A stretch of 64,000 nt of DNA, taken from positions 256,001 to 320,000 of the forward strand of contig OZ242376.1 of assembly GCA_965209085.1 (NCBI GenBank). The letters are read 5' to 3'. A program made the position numbers and the translations under genes. The notes beneath the pieces were generated by a model. It did not search any database and was not told the origin of the DNA. It saw nothing but the letters and a program-made list of their open reading frames with translations. Shown in pieces: positions 40,050 through 49,944 of this stretch. This DNA is from Nitrosopumilaceae archaeon. Lineage in GTDB: Archaea; Thermoproteota; Nitrososphaeria; Nitrososphaerales; Nitrosopumilaceae. The stretch's first letter is position 1, and every line of letters starts with the position of its first letter.

Positions 40050-40934
40050 TTGGATTTTAAAACACTGGAGCATTTTATAAAGAAAAAAATGAAAATGACC
40101 CACATCTATCAGCCTCTAATGATAAGGACGCTTTTGACGTCAAATAATACGGCCACAGTTGAGGATATTGCACGGGTGTTTGTGAACAGCGATCCTTCCC
40201 AATTGGAATATTACAAACAGATAACAAAACGCTGGCCGCACATTACCTTGAAAAAACACAGCATCATTAGCTATGAAAAAGGAACGTACACACTGCTTGC
40301 CGAAAACATGACGAAAAAACAAAAACGAATGCTTGTCGAGCTGTGTAATTTGCGGCTAGAGGAATTTATCGACAAAGATCCGGCCATAAAACTGGCACAC
40401 GAGATGGACGACAGAAGCGTTTCTGGAAGCATGAAGTATGATGTATTGGCAAAGACAAAAGGAATATGCGCCGCATGCGGCGTAAAAGCCTCTTCAGGTT
40501 ATCCGATGCACATTGATCACATAATTCCAGCAAGCCGTGGAGGGAAATCTGTACTTGAAAACTTGCAGCCTCTTTGCTACAAATGTAATACTGGAAAAAG
40601 AGACAGGGACGATACGGATTTTCTAAAATGGCACAACCAGTTAAAATTCAGAAATGAAAAATGCAAACTGTGCGCTCCTGCCGGACCGATAAAAGAAAAC
40701 ATAATGGCGTACGCCCTTGACACCTCCAAATCAACCACGTTGATAACTCCGAAAAGGCACGTTGGCAGCTTTATCGAACTTTTTCCCTCTGAGAGGCACC
40801 TGTGCTTTGAATTGGTGGATTCTGTACAGTCAGCCGTTCGGGAACGTAACAAGTCTGCCAAATTTGACGTGCATTTTGATTCAAATTACAACGCGGCCCA
40901 AAAACATTATTCCATAATACTGCGCCAAATCTGA
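40050..40934 (+). CDS. HNH endonuclease with N-terminal helical domain and degenerate C-terminal HIT-like domain
   Basis: CAACG...HIDHIIP.SRGG....NLQPLCYKCN; TLITPKRHV; HIT HxHxH motif not intact. Confidence 0.85.
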   Translation: MDFKTLEHFIKKKMKMTHIYQPLMIRTLLTSNNTATVEDIARVFVNSDPSQLEYYKQITKRWPHITLKKHSIISYEKGTYTLLAENMTKKQKRMLVELCNLRLEEFIDKDPAIKLAHEMDDRSVSGSMKYDVLAKTKGICAACGVKASSGYPMHIDHIIPASRGGKSVLENLQPLCYKCNTGKRDRDDTDFLKWHNQLKFRNEKCKLCAPAGPIKENIMAYALDTSKSTTLITPKRHVGSFIELFPSERHLCFELVDSVQSAVRERNKSAKFDVHFDSNYNAAQKHYSIILRQI

Positions 40935-41181
40935 CGTTTTTGATCAAAGTACTGTGACAGTTGGTGAAAAAATATGTTGCACCATATATGAAATCATCAC
41001 GTAAAATATTTGGCAAAGATGATGTGAATTAATGATAAAACTCTAAGAGGCATCTAAAATTAAGATTGATGGATTAAATGAATGACCGATGTTGATAAAG
41101 AACGCAAGTTTGCATACATATGAATAAATGGTTATATGTAATACCTACGATTAATGATGTGTATGAAATGGGGTTTTATCG

Positions 41182-41736
41182 ATGACAATTAAAAATCTTT
41201 GGTCATTAACTGTAGGAGAAGCTATAGTGGCAGAGAAGATTGGTGATAACAAAATGTTGAAGAATCATCAAGTATTTTTTCCAACAAATTCACAACTTAA
41301 AGACATTGATCTTATCTTATACAATTTACAAACTCAAAAAATAAAATCCATTCAAGTAAAAGAATCTAGAACATATAATCCACAACCTCGAGAAATAAAA
41401 AAACACGGTGTGGGTCATACTAGCTGGCTTCGTATTAAAAAAAATAAAATATGTAATCCAAAGAACAAAATTGATTTTTTTATTTTTGTGTTTTACCGTT
41501 TAGATTGTGACAAAAAATCTGCCACGTATGGGAAAATCACTCCAAAATGTCTTGTTGTACCGATAGGTAAATTCAGAGATCTAATAAAGGGGAAAACTCT
41601 TAAAGCTAAGGATATGTATGACTTTGTTTTTTTCATCAGCTTGGATGGCAAACAAATAGGCGATATTGATCATAATAATCAAGACTTGGTAGATTATACA
41701 AAATTTATGGATAAATTTGAATTGTTGAAATTTTGA
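41182..41736 (+). CDS. PD-(D/E)XK nuclease-like protein
   Basis: GE..VA, DIDLI and IQVK motifs; AT-rich. Confidence 0.65.
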   Translation: MTIKNLWSLTVGEAIVAEKIGDNKMLKNHQVFFPTNSQLKDIDLILYNLQTQKIKSIQVKESRTYNPQPREIKKHGVGHTSWLRIKKNKICNPKNKIDFFIFVFYRLDCDKKSATYGKITPKCLVVPIGKFRDLIKGKTLKAKDMYDFVFFISLDGKQIGDIDHNNQDLVDYTKFMDKFELLKF

Positions 41737-41879
41737 GCACAAGAGTCAGCAAGCAATCCTAGATATGTTGACATTTTGGCTCAATTCATGGTAGATCGCA
41801 TTTTAAACCTCGATAATTGAACAGAAATACCTCGCACAAATAATTATATTCTGTGGCAAAAAAGTACAGATTGCCCATT

Positions 41880-43424
41880 ATGCATGCTAAAAAGATAGAC
41901 GATCACTCTGAAAAAGTCCGAAAAGCCCTGCAGGGTGGCGGACAGGATAGAATAGACGCACAGCATGATAAAGGCAAACTTACCGCACGCGAACGCATCA
42001 GCATACTAGTCGATGAGGGCTCTTTTGTGGAAATTGACTCAATGGCAACGCACCACTATCACGAGTTTGACATGCAAAAAAAGATCTATCCTGGAGATGG
42101 CGTGGTGGGAGGATATGCAAAAATTGCCGGAAGACAAGTTTACGTTTATGCATACGACTTTACCGTTCTTGGCGGAACCCTCAGCCACATGGGAGCTAAA
42201 AAAATTACAAAACTTATGGATCATGCATTAAAGAACGGATGTCCAATCATAGGAATAATGGATTCGGGCGGAGCCCGCATACAGGAGGGAATAATGAGTC
42301 TTGATGGCTTTGCGGATATTTTTTACCACAACCAGGCATCCTCTGGCGTAATACCTCAAATAACTGCAAGCGTCGGCCCGTCCGCGGGAGGTTCTGTATA
42401 TTCTCCGGCAATGACTGACTTTGTAATCATGGTTGAAAAATCCTCAACAATGTTTGTTACCGGTCCGGACGTGGTAAAGACGGTACTTGGCGAGGAGATT
42501 ACAGCAGAAAAGCTTGGAGGCGCAGCGGCGCACGGCAAAAGCGGTGTTGCACACTTTGTGGTAAAAAATGAATACGAATGCATGGATCACATACGCGAAC
42601 TAGTCTCGTTTCTGCCGCAAAACAACACGGAAAATCCGCCAACATTGCACTCCTCTGATAATCCGGACCGCACAGACAACAATCTTGTAGCAATCATTCC
42701 GGAAAATGAAAAAGAACCCTACGATATGTCTGAAATCATAAAATCAATCATTGATGATGGCCATTTCCTAGAAGTTCACAAACTCTTTGCTGAAAACATT
42801 ATTGTGGGATTTGCCCGCTTTAACGGCAGACCGGTGGGAATTGTTGCAAACCAGCCGATGCACCTTGCAGGTGCCCTTGATATCAGCTCATCAAACAAGG
42901 CTGCCAGATTCATACGGTTTTGTGATGCATTCAATTTGCCAATAGTTACCCTCGTGGATACTCCAGGATACATGCCCGGATACAACCAGGAGAGTAACGG
43001 AATAATCAGGCACGGTAGCAAACTGCTCTTTGCATATTGTGAGGCAACGGTGCCAAAGATCACGCTTGTAGTGGGCAAGGCGTACGGTGGGGCGTACATT
43101 GCAATGGGCAGCAAGAATCTGAGAACTGACATAAACTATGCATGGCCCACTGCCAGATGCGCCGTTTTGGGGGCAGAGGCGGCAGTTAAAATCGTAAACC
43201 GCAAGGATTTGAAAAATTCCAAAGATCCCGAATCCCTAAGAAAAGAGCTCGAGGCTGACTTTGGCAAAAAGTTTGACAATCCGTACGTTGCAGCCTCGCA
43301 TGGAACAGTTGATGAGGTAATAAATCCGGCCCAGACCCGTCCGATGATAGTAAAGGCGCTTGAAATGCTTGCAAACAAGAGGGAGCCTACTCCGTCCCGC
43401 AAACATGGAAACATAAATCTGTGA
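41880..43424 (+). CDS. Acetyl-/propionyl-CoA carboxylase, carboxyltransferase subunit
   Basis: GKLTARERI, DSGGARIQEG, KAARFIRFCDAF and RKHGNI motifs. Confidence 0.95.
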   Translation: MHAKKIDDHSEKVRKALQGGGQDRIDAQHDKGKLTARERISILVDEGSFVEIDSMATHHYHEFDMQKKIYPGDGVVGGYAKIAGRQVYVYAYDFTVLGGTLSHMGAKKITKLMDHALKNGCPIIGIMDSGGARIQEGIMSLDGFADIFYHNQASSGVIPQITASVGPSAGGSVYSPAMTDFVIMVEKSSTMFVTGPDVVKTVLGEEITAEKLGGAAAHGKSGVAHFVVKNEYECMDHIRELVSFLPQNNTENPPTLHSSDNPDRTDNNLVAIIPENEKEPYDMSEIIKSIIDDGHFLEVHKLFAENIIVGFARFNGRPVGIVANQPMHLAGALDISSSNKAARFIRFCDAFNLPIVTLVDTPGYMPGYNQESNGIIRHGSKLLFAYCEATVPKITLVVGKAYGGAYIAMGSKNLRTDINYAWPTARCAVLGAEAAVKIVNRKDLKNSKDPESLRKELEADFGKKFDNPYVAASHGTVDEVINPAQTRPMIVKALEMLANKREPTPSRKHGNINL

Positions 43425-43427
43425 TGT

Positions 43428-44918
43428 ATGATGATTGACAAAGTACTGGTAGCAAACCGCGGGGAAATTGCACTCAGGGTAATCCATACGTGCAAGGCAC
43501 TTGGTATACAAACCGTCGCCGTATACTCGGATGAGGATAAAAATTCACTTCACGTAAAGAATGCAACCGAATCATACCATATAGGGGAGGGTGTCCCATC
43601 CAAAAGCTATCTGAATCAGGAAAAGATACTAGAGGTTGCCATAAAATCCGGCGCTGATTCACTGCATCCAGGATACGGATTTTTATCCGAAAATGCCGCA
43701 TTTGCAAAATTGTGCGAGGATGAGAAAATAAAATTCATAGGTCCTCCGTCAAAATCAATCGAGCTCTGCGGTGATAAGATGCGCTGCAAGGCAGTAATGC
43801 GCAATGCTGCAGTTCCAACCGTTCCGGGAAGTCCGGATTTGGTAAAAAACGCCGACGAGGCGTTAAAAATCGCAAACGAGATAGGATATCCGATTCTCCT
43901 AAAATCCGTCTACGGCGGAGGAGGGCGCGGAATACGTCTGGTCGCAGGAGATGCTGAACTGCGTGAAAATTACGAGGCTGCAACCGGAGAATCCATGGCA
44001 GCCTTTGGAAAATCCGCAATTTTGGTTGAAAAATATCTTGAAAAAATCCGCCACATTGAATACCAGCTTGCCTGTGATTCGCACGGAAATGCCGTGCACA
44101 TATTTGAGCGCGAATGCTCCATACAAAGGCGCAATCAGAAACTAATCGAGATGACCCCCTCGCCGGTCATGGATGAGCAGACGCGTCAAAAAGTGGGGGC
44201 GCTTGCAGTCAAAGCTGCAGAGGCTGTGGGATATGAAAACCTTGGAACTGCTGAATTTTTGCGTGCCGATGATGGAACGTTTTACTTTATAGAGATAAAC
44301 GCAAGGCTGCAGGTGGAGCATCCGATAACTGAGCTTGTATCCGGACTGGATCTTGTAAAACTGCAGCTGGACATTGCAAACGGCGAGAAACTGCCGTTCA
44401 AACAGGATGATCTAAAGATGAACGGGCATGCAATAGAATGCCGAATAAACGCCGAAGACACGTTTGCAGACTTTGCCCCATCTACCGGTCCGGTACCAGA
44501 GGTTACAATTCCCGCCGGTCCCGGAGTGCGGTGTGATACATACCTGTATTCAGGATGTACGGTATCTTCTTTTTATGATTCGCTCATGGCAAAGCTTTGC
44601 ACGTGGGGGCAGACGTTTGATGAGACGCGGCTGCGCATGATTGCAGCCCTTGGCGATTTTTACATAGAGGGGGTTGAAACATCAATACCCCTGTACAAGA
44701 CAATTCTTAAAACGCCGGAATTTTGCAACGGCGATCTCTCTACTGACTTTTTAAAAAGATATGAAATTTTAAAACGCCTGGAAATGGACATCTCTACTGA
44801 CAGATTGGATAAAACTGACGCAGCTTTGGCAGCAGCTGCAATGCATCCGGAATTTCTCAAAGGTGCAACAAAACCATCAGCGAGACCGGGGTTTGCCATG
44901 TGGAAGGCAGGATTGTAA
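43428..44918 (+). CDS. accC: Biotin carboxylase
   Basis: ANRGEIA, HPGYGFLSEN, GGGGRG, RECSIQRRNQK and RLQVEH motifs. Confidence 0.95.
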   Translation: MMIDKVLVANRGEIALRVIHTCKALGIQTVAVYSDEDKNSLHVKNATESYHIGEGVPSKSYLNQEKILEVAIKSGADSLHPGYGFLSENAAFAKLCEDEKIKFIGPPSKSIELCGDKMRCKAVMRNAAVPTVPGSPDLVKNADEALKIANEIGYPILLKSVYGGGGRGIRLVAGDAELRENYEAATGESMAAFGKSAILVEKYLEKIRHIEYQLACDSHGNAVHIFERECSIQRRNQKLIEMTPSPVMDEQTRQKVGALAVKAAEAVGYENLGTAEFLRADDGTFYFIEINARLQVEHPITELVSGLDLVKLQLDIANGEKLPFKQDDLKMNGHAIECRINAEDTFADFAPSTGPVPEVTIPAGPGVRCDTYLYSGCTVSSFYDSLMAKLCTWGQTFDETRLRMIAALGDFYIEGVETSIPLYKTILKTPEFCNGDLSTDFLKRYEILKRLEMDISTDRLDKTDAALAAAAMHPEFLKGATKPSARPGFAMWKAGL

Positions 44919-45430
44919 TGGAATACCGCATAAAAGACGTGGAAAAATCCTTCAACTGTACGGTTCTAGGCCGTAACCTGGAGGGTAATTTTGAGATTGA
45001 CATGGATGGCAAAAAACGCGTTTTACAGGTGCTCTCTGTAACACCTGGCCGGATGGAGTTTATACTGGACGGGAAATATCATAATGTAAAATATCTACAG
45101 GCGTCCACTTCGGCAATGAACATGGTCGTGGACGGCATTGCCGTCTCACTTGACATGCACTCTATACTTGATAAAATTGTATACAAAAACTCTGGCGGTA
45201 CAAGCAAGGCAGCTTCGAGCTCTTCACTGCTAAGCAAGATACCAGGTAAGGTTGTCTCTGTTGCAGTAAAAGAAGGAGATGAGGTCAAAACCGGGGATAC
45301 TATATGCACGCTTGAATCCATGAAAATGCAGGTGGGAGTAAAGGCGCATCATGATGGAAAGGTAACATCGCTAAAGGTGGATTCTGGAAAAAGCGTTGCC
45401 AAAGGCGATGTTATCGCAGAAATTGAATAA
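44918..45430 (+). CDS. accB: Biotin carboxyl carrier protein
   Basis: ESMKM biotinylation motif. Confidence 0.93.
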   Translation: MEYRIKDVEKSFNCTVLGRNLEGNFEIDMDGKKRVLQVLSVTPGRMEFILDGKYHNVKYLQASTSAMNMVVDGIAVSLDMHSILDKIVYKNSGGTSKAASSSSLLSKIPGKVVSVAVKEGDEVKTGDTICTLESMKMQVGVKAHHDGKVTSLKVDSGKSVAKGDVIAEIE

Positions 45431-45558
45431 ATGTGCGATTTTAATTCAAACTCTCTGATATTGGTTATAATCTGTTGTGCGTATTTGTAAAAAATATCTC
45501 TGCAAGTAAATCCATTATAATAAACACCGGTTAAAACTCAAACCGTATTGACAATAAT

Positions 45559-46101
45559 TTATTTTTGTTTATTTCTACAGTTTTTGCACCATGAATGCGA
45601 CCTAGATATCCCGGCCACAGTGCGATAACCAAATATATTTTCGATCTCTTGTTTTGACTCAGCATTAGTATTGCAATTGGGGCATGTTGCATACTCTATT
45701 AGAGAAATTTCTTTTTTGTCATCTTTGATTATGCCAATTAATTTATCGATCGTTCTAAAAATAAGTTTTGCATGTTCTGATATTGTATCTGAATCCAGAT
45801 TTGCCTCATAAAAATTTCTGTGCAACAAACTTGCATTTGATAATGAATTAAAAATCATCGCATCATGTTGTCGTTTTGCTAACTCTTTTGCATAACTCAT
45901 TAATATTGCATGACTTTTAATTGATTTATTTTCTTTTGCGGCAACAGCTTTTATTGTACATGACATTGCTCCCCATATCATTTCACTAGCCTTTTGATAA
46001 TCTTTTTTTTCCAAATATTTTTTTGCATTATTACCGTAATGTAATACTAGGTCTGTAAATTTATCGACATCAATTTCACCATCATAAAACTTTACTGACA
46101 T
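45559..46101 (-). CDS. PaREP1-family (HEPN-like) protein with C-terminal Zn ribbon
   Basis: QKASEMIWGA, SHA.L, LHRNFYE; CPNC...IFGYR...SWCKNC. Confidence 0.75.
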   Translation of the reverse strand: MSVKFYDGEIDVDKFTDLVLHYGNNAKKYLEKKDYQKASEMIWGAMSCTIKAVAAKENKSIKSHAILMSYAKELAKRQHDAMIFNSLSNASLLHRNFYEANLDSDTISEHAKLIFRTIDKLIGIIKDDKKEISLIEYATCPNCNTNAESKQEIENIFGYRTVAGISRSHSWCKNCRNKQK

Positions 46102-46318
46102 GCATATACCCTAAAATTTTTCCAGAATTTGAATGTACTTTTACTTCGACATAGTCATCACCAAGAAATCCAACATCAATTATAATTGACCATGTATCAT
46201 TTTCTATATTTGCAGATTTCAGCATAATTGTATTATGATACTCGTATAGAAATTTTTCAGCTATTTCAATTGCTCTTCTTGCATCGATCTCTGGGTCCAT
46301 ACTTGATATATTCATCAA
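46082..46318 (-). CDS. Small PepSY-like protein
   Basis: AIEIAEKFL...W.I.I...EVKV..NSGKILG pattern. Confidence 0.55.
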   Translation of the reverse strand: MMNISSMDPEIDARRAIEIAEKFLYEYHNTIMLKSANIENDTWSIIIDVGFLGDDYVEVKVHSNSGKILGYMHVSKVL

Positions 46319-46756
46319 TATTATTTATTTATTTATTTTTGATATAGGCACGAATTTACCTGTTAATTAAATCAACAGTGCATAATAGCATCAATTAGGA
46401 AATTCATACAAAATCCTGATTGTACAAAATTTAATTGAAATTTTTTAAATTAATTTGAAATGTCTGCCGATCATACATTGCACAAATAAAACTGTCAAAC
46501 CCATCTTTGATAATTTTGACAACTGTGAACGGCCAAAAAAATTAATCATAAATAATATATTGGATGCAGGAACACACACTAAAATATTCGGTGGTAAAAA
46601 ACGCCCAACCATCATGCATCAAACATTTTTAATTCTTGTAACAATTTAAAATAAATTCATCCAAAAATACACAAATCAAAATTTTGATTCCATGTTTGTA
46701 ATAAAATTCACAATTATAAAATAACGTACAAATTAATCCGTAAATGTAAAATAAAA

Positions 46757-47242
46757 TCAAACTTTGTTTGCTAGTAAAAATTCCCGAATTTCAGCATAAT
46801 TTGGCTCTTTTAGCGGATCTTCAGATACCCACTTGTATCCTATTTTGCCATCCTTTGTTATGATGAATATGGAGCGTTTTGCCGCATTGTACCCTTTAAT
46901 ATGTAACAGATCCGGCATTAAAATGTCGTAATTTTTTATCGTACCGCTTGTATAGTCGCCAAGAATCGGAAACGTCAGATTGTTTTTCTCTGCAAACGCC
47001 TTGTTCGCAAACGGTCCATCATTACTAATGGCCAAAACCTGCGCGCCAAGACTTTGCAGCTCATCATGGGAATCTCGAAAAGAACACAATTCAGTCTCGC
47101 ATACAGGAGAGCTGGCCGCTACAAAAAACGCCAATACGACGTTTTTACCGGCAAACTCTTCCAATTTGCGCATCTTTAATTCAGTATCAACAAGCTCAAA
47201 ATCCGGAGCCTTGTCCCCTATGTTGACCATGACGGTTGTCAT
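46757..47242 (-). CDS. Peroxiredoxin (AhpC/TSA family)
   Basis: GDKAPDFEL, VCETELC and AKRSIFII motifs. Confidence 0.9.
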   Translation of the reverse strand: MTTVMVNIGDKAPDFELVDTELKMRKLEEFAGKNVVLAFFVAASSPVCETELCSFRDSHDELQSLGAQVLAISNDGPFANKAFAEKNNLTFPILGDYTSGTIKNYDILMPDLLHIKGYNAAKRSIFIITKDGKIGYKWVSEDPLKEPNYAEIREFLLANKV

Positions 47243-47356
47243 TTCCAGAGTAATATTAAGACATAGAATATAAAAAAATGCGGCAAATCTTCAGACCGAT
47301 TTGATCGCAAAAAATGGGTATAGGTTTTTATACATAACGGCGGGATTTTAGCTGAA

Positions 47357-47731
47357 TTGGTAGGCGAAATTGCCGGCAGCTATAGCACAGTGATCCTAAT
47401 GTTTGGTTTTGCAGTTGTAGCCACAGCTCCTGCATTGCTGATTTCAAGAATGATCGCGCCAAGAACCGGCAACAATCCTGTAAAATTTCTCCCAATGGAG
47501 TGCGGTCAGGTTCCATCTGGTGCCGGTCGGACGCATTTTATGATGCAATACTATGCGTATATACTCATGTTTGTAATATTCGACGTTATGGCAATATTCC
47601 TGTATGCGTGGGGCGGCGCGGTTTTAGACCTTCCAAAATCCGCAACGCTTCCAATTTTGGCTTTTCTTGCAATAATGTTTGCGGCAATGTCGTTTGCATT
47701 GTACCAGTCAAAGAGGAGAAACATCTGGTGA
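47357..47731 (+). CDS. nuoA: NADH-quinone oxidoreductase subunit A
   Basis: MECG, FVIFDV; 3 TM segments. Confidence 0.92.
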   Translation: MVGEIAGSYSTVILMFGFAVVATAPALLISRMIAPRTGNNPVKFLPMECGQVPSGAGRTHFMMQYYAYILMFVIFDVMAIFLYAWGGAVLDLPKSATLPILAFLAIMFAAMSFALYQSKRRNIW

Positions 47732-47735
47732 CCCA

Positions 47736-48260
47736 ATGTTAAAAGAACTCATAACTCCGCATGCAACAAATGTTTTTATCGGCAAGCTTGGAGACATTTT
47801 GGAAAAAGCGATAGACAAACCGCTTGGATACGCGCTAAAATGGGGAAGGCTGTGGTCTTTGTGGCCGGTGCACATTGAGACGGCGTGTTGCAGTGTGGAA
47901 TTTGGCGCAGCTTCAGGACCAAAGTATGATGTTGAAAGATTTGGAATCATAGAGGCGTTTGGTTCACTGCGGCAGTGCGACTTGGTAGTTGTACAGGGTA
48001 CGATAACAAGAAAGATGGCACCAAGACTGCGGCTTGTATACGATCAAATGCCGGAACCAAAATACGTCATAGCAATGGGAGCATGCGCCATTACCGGCGG
48101 ACTATATTTTGATTCATACAACGTGCTGCCGGGAATAGACGGCGTACTGCCTGTTGACGTGTACGTTCCAGGATGTCCGCCAAGACCGGAAACTTTGATA
48201 CAGGGATGCATGCTGTTGCAGGAAAAAATAAAACGCATGAATGCAAGGAACAGGGTATAA
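47736..48260 (+). CDS. nuoB: NADH-quinone oxidoreductase subunit B
   Basis: TACCSVE, MGACA and PGCPPRPE motifs. Confidence 0.95.
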   Translation: MLKELITPHATNVFIGKLGDILEKAIDKPLGYALKWGRLWSLWPVHIETACCSVEFGAASGPKYDVERFGIIEAFGSLRQCDLVVVQGTITRKMAPRLRLVYDQMPEPKYVIAMGACAITGGLYFDSYNVLPGIDGVLPVDVYVPGCPPRPETLIQGCMLLQEKIKRMNARNRV

Positions 48261-48262
48261 AA

Positions 48263-48805
48263 TTGAGCCAACTGGTACCAGAAAAAAAAGAGGAAACACC
48301 GGCGTCTGTTGTGCCAAAATTTGAAAAAGACATTGCCGATTCTGTAAAAAAACAGTTCCCCTCCTACGTAGAGGTGATCTCCGTGCAGCCAAAGAGGGTG
48401 AAATTGATCACAAAAAAAGAAAATATCGTAGAGGTTGCCCAGTTTATACGCGATGAGCTAAAATTTGATCATGCCGAATCCGTGACTGGAATCGACTATC
48501 CTGAGGAAAACCAGATAGAACTAATCTATCATCTTGGTTCGTATACGGATGAGACGCTTGCATCGCAGGTTTTAGCACTCTCCACAAAGGTTCCGCGCGA
48601 AAAGATTCCAAATCCTGGGAATGATTCTACAAGAATACACAGCCTCCGGGAGGTCTTTTACAGCGTGGAATTTCACGAGCGCGAATGCTTTGAAATGCTC
48701 GGCATATACTTTGAAGGCCATCCTGACAACAGAAGACTGCTTTTACCTGAAGACTGGGCCGATCTGCCACCGCTTAGACGTGACTTTAAGCTAAAGGGGC
48801 GGTAA
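48263..48805 (+). CDS. nuoC: NADH-quinone oxidoreductase subunit C
   Basis: ERECFEMLGIYFEGHP, PLRRDF; TTG start inferred. Confidence 0.93.
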   Translation: MSQLVPEKKEETPASVVPKFEKDIADSVKKQFPSYVEVISVQPKRVKLITKKENIVEVAQFIRDELKFDHAESVTGIDYPEENQIELIYHLGSYTDETLASQVLALSTKVPREKIPNPGNDSTRIHSLREVFYSVEFHERECFEMLGIYFEGHPDNRRLLLPEDWADLPPLRRDFKLKGR

Positions 48806-49944
48806 TGCAGATGAGCAAACAACTGCCATCTGGTATGACATTAGATACAGTAGATGAGAACATTATGACGCTAAACGTCGGCCCGCAGCATCCGGGCTCC
48901 GGACACATGAGGCTTATCGTAAAGATAGACGGCGACTATATCGTCAGCTGTGATCCCGATCCAGGATACGTGCACCGCGGCGAGGAAAAAATGGCCGAAC
49001 ACCGCAACTATATTACAAACATACCCCACCTGGAGAGGCCGGTAATTCATGATTCATGCAACGTGCTGTATCCGTACTGTCTTGCATCAGAAGATCTTCT
49101 CGGAGTCGAGGTTCCAGAGCGCGCAAAATACGTGCGCGTTATTGCATCAGAGCTGAACCGCTGTGTATACACCACATACTGGCTTGCAATTTACGGAATA
49201 TTCCTTGGACACTCGACAATGTTCATGTGGCCTACGGGCGATCGCGAACTGTTAATCGACTTGCTTGAAAAACTCACCGGCGCGCGCGTAACGCACGCAT
49301 ACTTTGTACCCGGCGGAGTAAGAAACGACTTGCCACCGGGATTTGAGGATGTATGTCTGCGGCAGGTAGATTATTTTGAAAAACGCATCAAAGAGTATGC
49401 TGCCATATTTTACGACAATCCAATCCTCATAGCAAGAACGGAAAAAACGGGAATACTCTCAAGGGAGGATGCAATACGCCTTGGAACTACCGGTTCGGTT
49501 CTGCGCGCAAGCGGCGTTGACTATGATCTGCGCAAAAAAGAACCCTACGACGTATACGATGAGCTTGACTTTGAGACGCAATATCTAAAGGACGGCGACT
49601 CTTACGCGCGCTCCAAAGTTCCCTGGCTTGACATGCTTGAGAGCTGCCGGATAATCCGCGATGCGCTAGAAAAAATGCCAAAGTCCGGCTCTGTACGCAC
49701 AAAACTAAAACCAAATCCCAAAGGAATCATAGGTGACTCATACCGCAGGGTTGAATCCGGACGCGGCTCGCTTGGATGCCATCTAGTATCTGATGGCAAG
49801 ATAGAACCCTATAGGGTAAAGCTCAGCGTGGGATCTTTTAGAAATCTCATATGCATTCCATACCTGCTAAAGGGTGAAAAACTGGGAAACATGCCGGCAG
49901 TATACTGGAGCTTGAATTACTGGCCCGTGGAGGCAGACCGGTAA
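48805..49944 (+). CDS. nuoD: NADH-quinone oxidoreductase subunit D
   Basis: GPQHP, GYVHRGEEK; C-terminal EADR. Confidence 0.95.
   Translation: MQMSKQLPSGMTLDTVDENIMTLNVGPQHPGSGHMRLIVKIDGDYIVSCDPDPGYVHRGEEKMAEHRNYITNIPHLERPVIHDSCNVLYPYCLASEDLLGVEVPERAKYVRVIASELNRCVYTTYWLAIYGIFLGHSTMFMWPTGDRELLIDLLEKLTGARVTHAYFVPGGVRNDLPPGFEDVCLRQVDYFEKRIKEYAAIFYDNPILIARTEKTGILSREDAIRLGTTGSVLRASGVDYDLRKKEPYDVYDELDFETQYLKDGDSYARSKVPWLDMLESCRIIRDALEKMPKSGSVRTKLKPNPKGIIGDSYRRVESGRGSLGCHLVSDGKIEPYRVKLSVGSFRNLICIPYLLKGEKLGNMPAVYWSLNYWPVEADR

Noticed and set aside
46320-46750. AT-rich intergenic stretch with a 64-aa ORF
   Set aside because: No motif, repeat or stable structure could be supported by eye.
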